From contig NC_082714.1 of assembly GCF_030144855.1 (NCBI RefSeq), positions 94,302,001-94,366,000 of the forward strand: a stretch of DNA of 64,000 bases. The letters are read 5' to 3'. How positions within the stretch are numbered: position 1 is the stretch's first letter; each line of letters starts with the position of its first letter. The position numbers and the translations under genes were made by a program. Positions 40,401 to 50,790 of this stretch are shown here, piece after piece. Under the pieces are notes generated by a model. The model saw only the letters and a program-made list of their open reading frames with translations, was not told the DNA's origin and did no database searches. Source of the DNA: Hypanus sabinus (taxonomy: Eukaryota).

Positions 40401-42789
40401 TTAACGAGAATGATTCCGGGAACGAAAGCGTTACCACATGAGAACCGTTTGATACCTAGAGTTTTGTAGAATGAGCGGGATCTCAGTGAAGCATGTTAAA
40501 CAATAAAAGAGCGAGCTAGAGTGGATGTGGAGGACAAAATATTTTCATTAGTGGCAAAATCTAAGACCAAAGGCAGAGCCGCTCAATCGAGGGACTTCCC
40601 TTTAGAGCCGAGATGGGGAGATATTTATTTATAGAGGAGGTGGTGAATCTGTGGAATTCATTACCACGGACAGATGTTAAGGCCAAATTCTGAGTATATT
40701 TCAAAACGGGGATTGATAGGTTCTTGATTAGTAAGTATGTCAAAGGAAGGCAGAAAAAATGGTGTTGAGAGTCATAATAAATCGGCACTGATGGATTAAC
40801 GGAGCAACCCGGTGGTCCGGACGGCTTAGTCTGTTCCTACGCCATGTGGTCTTATGGTTTCTGAACAAAATCCCCGCTGTGTTCTCTAAACGGCTAAAGA
40901 CGTCTTCATCAGATGTGGGCGCCCTACTTTTTCCAAATGTTTCGGGAGGTTGCCAAGTAGCGGTTTCTGCAGCTCAAAATTCAAGAGTCAAGATTATTTA
41001 TTGTCATTCTTCAGCACACGACTTTATAAATAGGACAAAATGATTGTTGTCCAAAATCCGACGCAGCATAAAAACAACACAATAAGCAGAAACAACACAA
41101 TACAAACGCAAAGAATCGCAATAAATATAAAGGTATCCTATAAGCATAGTGCACAGTAAGTGTTTGAGCTGCAGCACAAGTTGTAACCACAAGTGGAAAA
41201 ACACGAAAATGGTCATTACTTAATTCAAAGCAGATCTTTTTAATCATATTACAATGTATATAATTTATGGAAAGGAAAATAATCAAATGATAACTCCGAG
41301 GGAAACTTCGAGAGTAGAATGAATACAAACTATGCATGAAGCCTCTGTACTTCACTTAAGGCTTAGAACGTGTCCGAATCGCGAACCACCATGCTCATCC
41401 ACCTCTTTTTTGACATAATAAACGAGCCCGGAGCGTCAGATATTGATTCGTTCAGAAGGTTTTATTGTGACCCCAGGTTCAGACCATATCTCCGTAATCC
41501 ACCGAAGTAGAAACCAATTAGATTCTCATCTGCGTGCAGAGAAGGATGCAGCGAAGTCAAGAGAGGCGTAAATTATGGGCGCTTATGTCTGAAATGCACC
41601 AAACATTAGCAGTTAAAGTTATCGCACACCACGATCTAACATTGTTTCACTTACTCACGACAGTTCCGACCTGCTTCTACGAGACACCTCCTCATATAAC
41701 TCCAGCAGATTAGTAAAATATGTCTCCCGTTTTATAAATCCCTAATGATTCCGTTCAAACCTATTATGTTTAGTACCCAATTCCAAACATCAGGTTTGTA
41801 AATCTTAGAACGGCGTTCAAACAACGTCCGTACCTGAGCCGCACTGCCGTGTCCCTGGCGCGTCGCCGATTGACGATGTGTCCCTGTGCATTGATGGAAT
41901 ATGAATTAGATCTATTATCTGGCCAATTTATAATTAGTCACAGAAATGTCTTATAGTCAATAAATCCCAAATATGGAAATAGACCCCAATATACCAACCA
42001 ATCGTATGCTATGCTAACAGTGTCTCATTATTTCGCATTCCCCAATTGCTCGCAGATGCGTCATTACTTTCTTATTCCTTCTTTAATATGAGAATGATCC
42101 CCAACATAAGAATAATTCCCAAATGCACAAACCATCCCGTCATGGAATAGTACACACCAATGAAAGCGTAATAATTTAACGATTCCCAAGTTCGTAAAAC
42201 CTACAGGGGCTTACATGGGGAATGATTTCTTCAATGCATTTAGGAGGAGGTATTGAAACCTTAAAAGAGCATAAAACGTATTAGCAGATTTAGGTCATTG
42301 AGCATATTAAGTCTGCTTCACCATTCCGTTATGGCTGAGCCCCGATCCCATACCTCACACAGCTTCCTGCCTCGGATATAACCTCGGATGCCATGACTCG
42401 TCGGAAAACTATCAATTTTCGCTTTAAATACACCCACGGTCTTGTCTTCTCAGCTGTTTACGGCAAAGCATTCCACAGATTTACTACTTTCTGGCTAAAA
42501 TCCATCCTTCCCTTTGTTCTAATGGATCACCCCCTCAATTCTGAGGCCGAGCCCTCTAGGTCTGGACACCCACACAATAGGAAACATCCTCTGCACATCC
42601 ACCTTATCTCGTCCTTTTAATGTTCGGAAGTGTTCAGTAAGACTCTCCCCCGCCCCCACCCTCGCGTTCCGGTGAGTTCATGCCCAGATCTGCCAAACGC
42701 TCCTCATATGTGAATCTCTTCATTCTCGGAATTATACTCATGATTCCCTCCAATAACATGTTTCTTGATTTCTTCAGTGCATCCACGAG

Positions 42790-43730
42790 GAGATGTTAAA
42801 ACATTATCTGGTGAGTCCAACTGGCCCTGTGTTTAGGAACACAATAACTGACTGTTCTAAGATAGGGATGACTGAGCGTAACATTGGCAAACGGGTTGTT
42901 TCTCTTTATTGGTTGGGGTGTCGAGTAAAAAACTATGGAGTATTGAGTACCTTTCTGATTGCTGCATTACAGACAAACCGTGCAAAGCGCACAGAGGGGA
43001 TGTACAAGGATGCTCTCCGGGCTTGTGGTATGATTAATAAGTAAAGGTTGAACATAGTAGCGTTGTTGTTTAACACCAAAATTATCAAAAATACAACCAA
43101 AGACCAGAAAATCCTAGACGATGAATGCAGAAAATGCAAAGGGAAACTAGAAACAATCCAAAGCAACAAACTGCAGGAACCTACAGCAGTTTAACCCGAT
43201 TGGTTTACTTATACGCGCATAATCAAGCGGCAAGAATCATTCACTAAAATCTTGCCCTGAAGTGCAAACCTATGAAAGACTCTGCATTTTCGTAGAAATA
43301 CAGGCCTTATCCATTTTAGACCCTGTGTCCTGCAAATTATATTATGACCAATGCATTATTATTGATAGGGCAATCCAACTTACTCAATAGATATAGCCAA
43401 TTGAAACACGCATAACATACAGAATTCAGTATAAGTCAAAACCACCAGGTACATGTTGGATGAAAAGAGGAAATTGAAAGTTTATGGAACATGAGCAGTG
43501 CATTGTTCCGATAGGAATATCTACAACATTATCCCAATGTCACAATGCAATAGCGTTAAAGATTAGACGTGCAAGGCAACATTTATGTAAATCCTGAGAA
43601 AGCCACAGTACTAGAAACCATTTGAATAGTCCGAAAGTTGGAAGAAATTGAGAAATGTGTGTGTATGGATATGCCCGTACCTCAGATGTTACCAGCTTGA
43701 GCCGAAAAAAAATAGTAAAAAGAGCTCTAT
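42790..43730 (+). mobile_element. R4/Dong-clade (RLE-type) non-LTR retrotransposon, 3' fragment
   Basis: Degenerate zinc-knuckle DECRKCKGKLETIQ and restriction-like endonuclease region (..IDIA..LWNM..); A-rich tail. Confidence 0.75.
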
Positions 43731-43739
43731 AGTAAAAAT

Positions 43740-45340
43740 GCCATGATCACCATCATAATATGCCGGGTTATACCCCAGGCATTATCATTACTGCTTAGAG
43801 AATGTTTGCCTGGCATCAGTGTTCCCCTAACCAGATCCGGTGATATTCACTAGCTGCTCATATGACAATCCTCCACATTCTTCCATGGCTTCATATAACC
43901 TTAATCGGGGTTGCGGGCGGCTAAGCTGGTGCTACTCCTTGCTCAGATGTGACTTGCAATCTAGAGGAGGGAAAAAGAGACTTAAACCTCCTTTAGTCGA
44001 GACGCATATCCACCCATCCACCCAAACTAAAAATATGACAAAGCCAATGAGCGCTTTCGCTGGACCTGTATTTACGTATTCATTTAGTATAATATCGTGG
44101 TCTGAAACCGATCTGCAAAAGTTACAAAGAAAAAAAAAGAACTGAAATGACAAACCTTAGAAAACACTGTGCATACTTGAAACCACTACCTGAGACAGAA
44201 GGAAGAAGAGGAAAAGCAGAGAAAAAAATTACACAACAGTTGGATAACACTTTTACGGATATATTTTCATAGACGACAAATGAATTCAGCACTCCATGCT
44301 AGTACATACAAAAGCACAAACCACTAAGCTTCACTGAGAGCACAACTCAGAAAAAAAGTAAAGAAATTGTCACCGCAGAAGAAACGGTTAACTAACTGAA
44401 GAGCCTGACACTCCATGGAAAATTTCCCGCGATTGGAGAAGATTTCGACAAGGCAGTGTCGAATGCCTAGCTCAGAGTTGAAGGCCGCTTCCCAGAAATA
44501 AGGGTTCCTTGTGGCAATACAGGACCAGGCTGGTAACACAAAAACATATAAAATCAAAAAGTCAAAACGATAAACGCAGAACATGCCGAGAGAAACCAGG
44601 AATATTCCAACACGTTACGGGATCTGGCAGCAGTTTAACTCAGTCTGACTACCTGCACAGGCAGAAACAGCTGGTAAACATCATTCACTAAAATCTTCCT
44701 CTAGAATCTAAACACATAAAACACACTGTACCTTACCAAAAAAGCAAGCTTGATTCAGTTTTAGTGTCAGCGAGCTTCAAATTATATTATGACTGAGCAA
44801 GAAAAAGTCTGTAATGCTGTAAATCGAAGTAATAAACACAAAATGCTGATGAAGGGTCTCGGGCCGGAACACCGACTTTTTATACTTTTTCATAGATGCT
44901 GTCTGGACTGCCGAATTCCTACAGCATTCTGTGTGTATTGCTATGTTGTGAACGATACTTTATTACCAGGACAATCCATTATAAATGTCCGAATATAATA
45001 TTACAGGATAATTAAGCGAGAAAAACGTACTTCATAGATAGAATAATTTTAATTACAGAAAACATCAATGTGAGAAACATGGGATATATTCAAAATTAAA
45101 CGAGTAAAATGAAAGTCTATGGAACATGAACAGGGCTTACATTGTCCCAATCGTCTCTACAAAATATAATTAAACAATTAGGGCTACATATCAATGTTTA
45201 TATCAATCCTCAGAAAGCGACAATAGTAAACATTTCTGGAATAGTACATACGTTCCTACCAATTGTGCTTAGATGTGTCCGTATCTCAGGTTTTACCAGC
45301 TTGAGAGAGGAAATAATGCAATAGTAATAATAATATAAGC
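43740..45340 (+). mobile_element. Second R4/Dong-clade fragment (RT C-terminus, CCHC, RLE)
   Basis: KNMTKPMSAFAGPVFTYSFSIISWSETDLQKLQRK; KRRTCREKPGIFQHVTGSGSSLTQSDYLHRQKQLVNIIH; KQLGLHINVYINPQKATIVN; (AAT)n tail near 45320-45336. Confidence 0.82.
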
Positions 45341-45455
45341 AAAATACACTGAGATACCACTGATAATGGGAAACACGTTATATAGAACTTCAGACATTCC
45401 ATCTCTCAGATCCCTACCCTCCAAGACTTGAGTCCCATTTGCACCACTCCCTGCC

Positions 45456-45493
45456 TCAATTGCTTCCTGCGTCCTCTATTCTAAACCCATTAG
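45456..45493 (-). CDS. Exon 5: cytoplasmic tail ANGFRIEDAGSN*
   Basis: ttctgtataatttcag|CT..TGA; follows an 82-bp intron. Confidence 0.72.
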
Positions 45494-47777
45494 CTGAAAT
45501 TATACAGAATATCGAAGTGGGCCTGCGGTAAGTGTTGATAGTTGTATGGATATACCTGTGAAAATGAATCCTCACCTGGTCTACGCTCTTTAGAGATCCA
45601 AAAAGAAATGACGATAACCAGAAATAACAGCACCTCAAGTAGGATTGTTCTGAGAAGACACCAATCTGGAGAGAAAGAATTGTTACTTGTTGAAATCATC
45701 GCTTCCAATTAACATTTTATTCGGGCTTCCATTTGGTTGTAATGTGAATGACTCTAAACAGATGTACACTAATTCTAAACAACAAGAGCACAAATCTAAA
45801 TCGATGCCGTCGTTTGGAGCCAGATTGAGACTGTCCAGACAGTTACCATCCCCACCAGTGATGTTCTACAATCTGAGGGTAACATCGGTGGATGTTATCT
45901 TAATTATATATGTTGCATGTCAAACACTGACTAGCTACTACAGCAAATTTCTAACGTATGAAAATGTATATGGCGAATAAATTTGACCCTTGATCCTTCA
46001 GCCTTAATGGACGACCAGAAGCCCATGGCAACGGAAGTGAAGAACGACTCATCCATTGATCGTTTACCCGCTCTTTTCAGTTACCTTGATCCTTCCATTC
46101 AGTTTTATGATTCACCATCCCACTTTGGAAAGTCAACGTTTTCCCTTCTTGGTGGCCCTGCGTAATTTTCGGAAGCCGTTTCTAACTCCACCATGAGTAC
46201 ATCACGGACATCAGAGAGTGAAAGAGGAGCTTCGCCCCCTGCTACTCATAGGGCTCTAGATTCGGACACGCAAAGTTCGTGTTGTTGGAGATCCTTAAAA
46301 ACGGATAAATACAGACTAATACCTACCGTGACATTAGTGTACCGGCAGTCTATTCCCGTAGACATAAGAAATAGGAGAATAATTAGGTCGTACGGTCCAT
46401 CGAGACTGCTCCGCCTTTCACCCACGGAAGAGTATCAATATGTGCAAAACATCGCCTTACCTTGATCTGGTTCAATGTTGGGATGGGAGAAACTCATAGT
46501 CCTCGTCTTTCCCCCACCCTCGAATTGTGCGATACAGCTGCTGACTCCTCCGTTTATCCATGTTTTCACTGAGACCAGTACCTGACTTCTAACACTGTAG
46601 CTCCCGTCAGGGTCACGCGTGCCGGCATCGCTCCATCCTTCCGTGATCTGTCTGGATATGTTCCAGTAAATGACAATCTGCTTGGAAGACAGGCCGCCCA
46701 CCAGACACACCAAGGGAACGGATCCGTTCACCTCTGACGTCGGGACAAAGAGCTGCATGTAGGTCCGACTGGTGGAGCTGTCTGACAGAGATTGGGACAC
46801 AGTTAATCGGAGCTTTAACCGAAGTACATGAGTGAGTATAATCCCAGTGCCGATTTCTCTTACCTCCAACAATGAGTCTAGGTCCTTTCACAAGCGGTGG
46901 ATAGCTTCTTATCTCAGCACAGTAGTAGAAACCCGAATCCTCCACACTTACGTTCCGGATTTCCAGCACTGATGTGCGATCACCAGAGCCTTTTTTGTAA
47001 GTAGCCCTACAACCGGTCTTTTGGCAGTCGGTGGTTCTGATCGCTACCGGGGGTTCATCAGCACGGTGTCTGTACCAGAAAATACGTCTCCCGAACTCTA
47101 GTTTGTTCTTAAATTCACAGGACAGTTTAACTGTCTGACCTACATCTGCAGTTGCTGCAGCCGGACTCACAGAAAACGGCTCGGATGCTGCAACACGAAT
47201 TATTATCAGTCAACTAAAAATATCAGGAACAGAACTAACTAGAAATTAAGCAGATTGCCTGCACTTTAAAACTGCGCCGACATTCTCAGTTGCATTTATT
47301 GGCGAAGGCGTCTAAGTAACATCTAACAGAGAACCAGAAGGATGTTTGAAGCTGACCCGTTCAATATCGCAAGACATTTCCCTTATTCATTTACAGGATG
47401 TGTAGTCGGTAAAATTACTTTGTCTATCTATCCGGAGGTGACCTTCAATTGAGACGTTTGGTGACATTTTCAGGTATGGCTCGCGAAATATTCTGCTCGG
47501 CGTTTGGGGTTACTTATGCCAGATAAACTTCACCAAAAGAAAATGAGCAAGGCTCATAAAAATAATTTTGAATTTACTTAGAAAGTTTTAGAATCAGCAT
47601 TAATGAGATTCTAGAGTTATTTGATTCACTGGCTTATTTTCCTAAGTGCATGGGATTTTTAATGTACTGGATAACTAACTTGCTAGGACTCGTTTGTGAG
47701 TTCCCAAACCCGACTCACTCACCGCAAACACAGAATATCTGAACAGTAACGAACAAGAATAAAACTTTCATCATCAT
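45456..47777 (-). CDS. Intact non-rearranging antigen-receptor-like membrane protein: leader-V-C1-TM-short tail, 5 exons, 275 aa
   Basis: Exons 47777-47723, 47187-46864, 46781-46461, 45665-45576 and 45493-45456 total 828 bp. All introns are GT-AG phase 1 and the spliced frame is open from ATG to TGA. Confidence 0.92.
45576..45665 (-). CDS. Exon 4: transmembrane segment DWCLLRTILLEVLLFLVIVISFWISKERRP
   Basis: ttctttctctccag|AT..CCAG|gtgagg; 90 bp, phase 1-1; hydrophobic stretch followed by basic KERR. Confidence 0.88.
46461..46781 (-). CDS. Exon 3: Ig C1 domain
   Basis: ctctgtcag|AC..CAAG|gtaagg; VPLVCLVGGL..IYWN..DGSYSVRSQVLVSVKTWINGGVSSC. Confidence 0.95.
46864..47187 (-). CDS. Exon 2: Ig V domain with in-exon J-like G strand
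   Basis: tgttgcag|CA..GGAG|gtaaga; GQTVKLSC..RIFWYRHR..SVLEIRNVSVEDSGFYYC..KGPRLIVG. Confidence 0.96.
47723..47777 (-). CDS. Exon 1: signal peptide MMMKVLFLFVTVQIFCVC
   Basis: ATG at 47777, hydrophobic leader, donor G|gtgagt; 55 bp, phase 1. Confidence 0.85.
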
Positions 47778-47839
47778 TTGGACTCAGCTCGGTGGTTGGT
47801 TATCGCTGCTCTCCACTCCCGGGGTCTCAGTGAGTTTAA

Positions 47840-47963
47840 CAGCTGCTCTGTGCAGCCGCTTAACTGCCGTTGTCCATGCTAGCTGACGAGCTTCGGGGGC
47901 AGGTCCACTGCACCCATACCGCGCCTTGCGCGGGTTACACTTGGTTACCACGTCAGTGCGTCA
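47840..47963 (-). promoter_or_regulatory. Putative proximal promoter elements of the V-C1 gene (E-box and tandem CRE/ATF-like sites)
   Basis: CAGCTG at 47840-47845; TGACGTGG (47955-47948) and TGACGCA (47963-47957) about 170-185 bp upstream of the ATG; motif match only. Confidence 0.35.
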
Positions 47964-48599
47964 CAAGGTCAAACGACTATGGAGAATTGCTCAGAAAGAC
48001 TTCCAAAGAGAGGATGGTTTGAGCCTGCTTTTTGGGGGTTAAACATATGTATCGCTAACAAAACCAATTTTCATGTCCTCATGCCAAATTCCTTGCAGGA
48101 GCTTGCGATGAGTCGACGGTGTTTCCTTACTGCAGTCCGTCTTATGTAGTTACCTAATGCTATACTGGGAGGAAAAAAATCAGAGCCTGATATTGACGGA
48201 ACCCAGATATGCCAGCCAGGGTAACTCACGACTTGGAGGGAAACCTGCAGTAGTGTATCCCCGTCCCTGCTACACTTGAACCGCTTGGCCAGGGTCTGGG
48301 AAGCGGCATTGGAGCTGTGTGGGGGCGTAATTCAGTGAATTTCGGTACGTGTACTTTGTAATAGATAATACCGAGTTCACGAGGTCCGTGCAGAGCCATT
48401 TCAGGTCAATAGAGCGTATTCCATCGTAATCGTAACCGTGCGAAGGTAAAACTGGATTGTCTCGTCACAAATTGTTACTCGCTCTTGGATTTGCAATCTC
48501 TGACCTAGTCTTGAAGTCACCATATTCCTACAGGGAAAGAAGGTTACAATGAATGATGATTTGCTTAGCATTGTACAATGATCCGGCTTTATAAGAAAC

Positions 48600-49090
48600 T
48601 GGTCAGGCAACTCCTGAACTATAGTGTGTAGCTTTGGGCACCTTATCTAAGAAAAGATGAGCTGACATTATGAGTACCGTTTGATGCCTCTGGGCTTATA
48701 CTGTCAGGAGTTTAGAAGAATGAGGTGTGGGGTGGAATTTCACTGAAAACTTGTCAAATATTGAAAGAGTGAAGGTAGAAAAGTTATTTCCAGTTGCAGT
48801 AGACTCTAGGACCAGTGCGCACAGCCTCAGTTACGTATGTCGACCCTTTAGACCAGAGATAAGGAGAAATTTCTTCAGCCAGGGCGTAGTGAATCAATGG
48901 AACTCGTTGCCACAGATAGCTGTGGATCCAAGCCATTGGTTATATTTAGGGTGAAGGCTAATAGGTTCCTGATTAAGGAAACTTCTCAAGGCAAACGCAG
49001 GACATGGTTTGAGAAAGAAATAAATCAGACATGTTAGAATGGTGGAGCAGATTCGATGGACTAAATAGCCTAATTCTGCTCCTATGTCAT
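48600..49090 (+). mobile_element. CR1 LINE 3' remnant
   Basis: ERVKVEKLFPVAVDSRTSAHSL..FRPEIRRNFFSQGVVNQWNSLPQ. Confidence 0.85.
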
Positions 49091-49887
49091 ATTGTTACTG
49101 GATTATGCGGGACACGTTAGCATGACTGTATGCAATCAAGCAGATCCTCTTGGAGATTGTCTGTGTCCCGAGATTATAGTGCTCCAGTGTTAAGTTTCTA
49201 TTTATTAAAGTTAAAGTTAGCTGTTTACATTACGAAGCGGGGTAAACCGGACGCAACATAAAGCGTAGCTTATGCGGTAAATTTCCACTGCAATCACTTC
49301 GGTCGCAGGGCCATCCTGTGTGTCACATAATATGAAGTCTAAAAGGCTGAACTCTGGGCAGCAGCGTCCAAGCTACGAAAACAGGAAACCCACAAAGAAC
49401 ATCTAGTTCGGTTACTTTATCCATTTCAAGCGTTAATTGTTGCTGCAACTGTTTGTCAGTATTTGAAGCGTCTGAATGTAAGACAGATGCACTGTGAATG
49501 AGTCTGTCAGCAAGTTTCACGGTAGCGTTCACTGAATGTCTCTGATGACAGCACGTTGCCGCCTTTGCATCAGGGTTGATTCATTGCCCTGAAGGACAAA
49601 TTTCTCTCGAGCGCCGATTCGCTTTCAGCACAACATGACTACTTTGGTCCAACACCAACAGTTACACTTTAATTTTAAAAGTAATTCTATTTTATTCTTC
49701 GTACCTCATCTCAAATTCATCAGTCCTGATGAAAAGCCTCAACTCGAAACGTTTATTCCTCTCCAAATAATCTGCCCGAGGTCAGTGTTGTTTCAGCATT
49801 TTATGACTGCACTCTGAAAGTTACTGTCATCCAACAAGGGCTCCTGCAAAATCTCTACAGCGCAGAAGATTCATTTGGCCGCCTTTC

Positions 49888-50092
49888 NNNNNNNNNNNNN
49901 NNNNNNNNNNNNNNNNNNNNNNNNNNNNNNNNNNNNNNNNNNNNNNNNNNNNNNNNNNNNNNNNNNNNNNNNNNNNNNNNNNNNNNNNNNNNNNNNNNNN
50001 NNNNNNNNNNNNNNNNNNNNNNNNNNNNNNNNNNNNNNNNNNNNNNNNNNNNNNNNNNNNNNNNNNNNNNNNNNNNNNNNNNNNNNNNNNNN
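49888..50092. other. Assembly gap (N run)
   Basis: N run. Confidence 1.
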
Positions 50093-50738
50093 CCATTGAT
50101 AGCATTTTCCAGAATCCTCTGTCCAGTCCTTCAAACTGTCTCCAAATGCAGCCCCATCTTCGAGGATCTTTGCATTCCGAGGGATGTGGCTTTTGCTGCC
50201 TCTGTTGGCGTTTCTGGGGCGAGGGTTTTTTTTTACAAGATGGGGTTGCTAAACCGTGCTCAAGCCTCACGCTTTTGTAACGGGGCGTGGGACCGTCCAT
50301 GCAGAAGATCAATCCGTGTTTTTGCTCTGCAGTAACAGGCACTCACCTCTCTCCATCCCACCTATCACCATCTGCTTCCGTTTCTCTCCCTTTCCTGTGA
50401 CAACACACCTGCATATTAAATCCGCTTCTGTTGTTCACCATCTCCAGCGAATTCCGCGTTCTTTCCACTCTCAGAGTATAGTTTCCAGAATTCCACGGTG
50501 GATTTATTAGGGATTATCCTTAAGATTGCCCTCCTCCCACTGCAGTTTTGCAGCCAACCACTAGTCTCATTCTTGTCAAAAATAAATTAGATTCAACAGA
50601 TGCTGGAAATCTGGTCAGAACACACACCATGCTGGAGGAACTCAAAAAGTCAGGCAGTGTCTATGGCCCGAAACATCGACTGTGGATTCCCCTCCACCCC
50701 TCCATATGTATTTCTTGATTCTCTGAATTCTTTCAGTA

Positions 50739-50739
<1 letters not shown>

Positions 50740-50787
<48 letters not shown>

Positions 50788-50790
50788 TCT
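50740..50790. repeat. (GT)n(GA)n microsatellite
   Basis: Direct reading. Confidence 0.95.

Noticed and set aside
46435-47170. ORF-track proteins 46613-47170 (185 aa) and 46435-46872 (145 aa) as separate genes
   Set aside because: They are read-throughs of the V and C1 exons into an 82-bp intron; splicing joins them into one gene
47515-47557. Alternative leader MSLAHFLLVKFIWH upstream of the V exon
   Set aside because: Its donor gives phase 2, incompatible with the phase-1 V acceptor; the 47777-47723 leader fits with a consensus gtgagt donor
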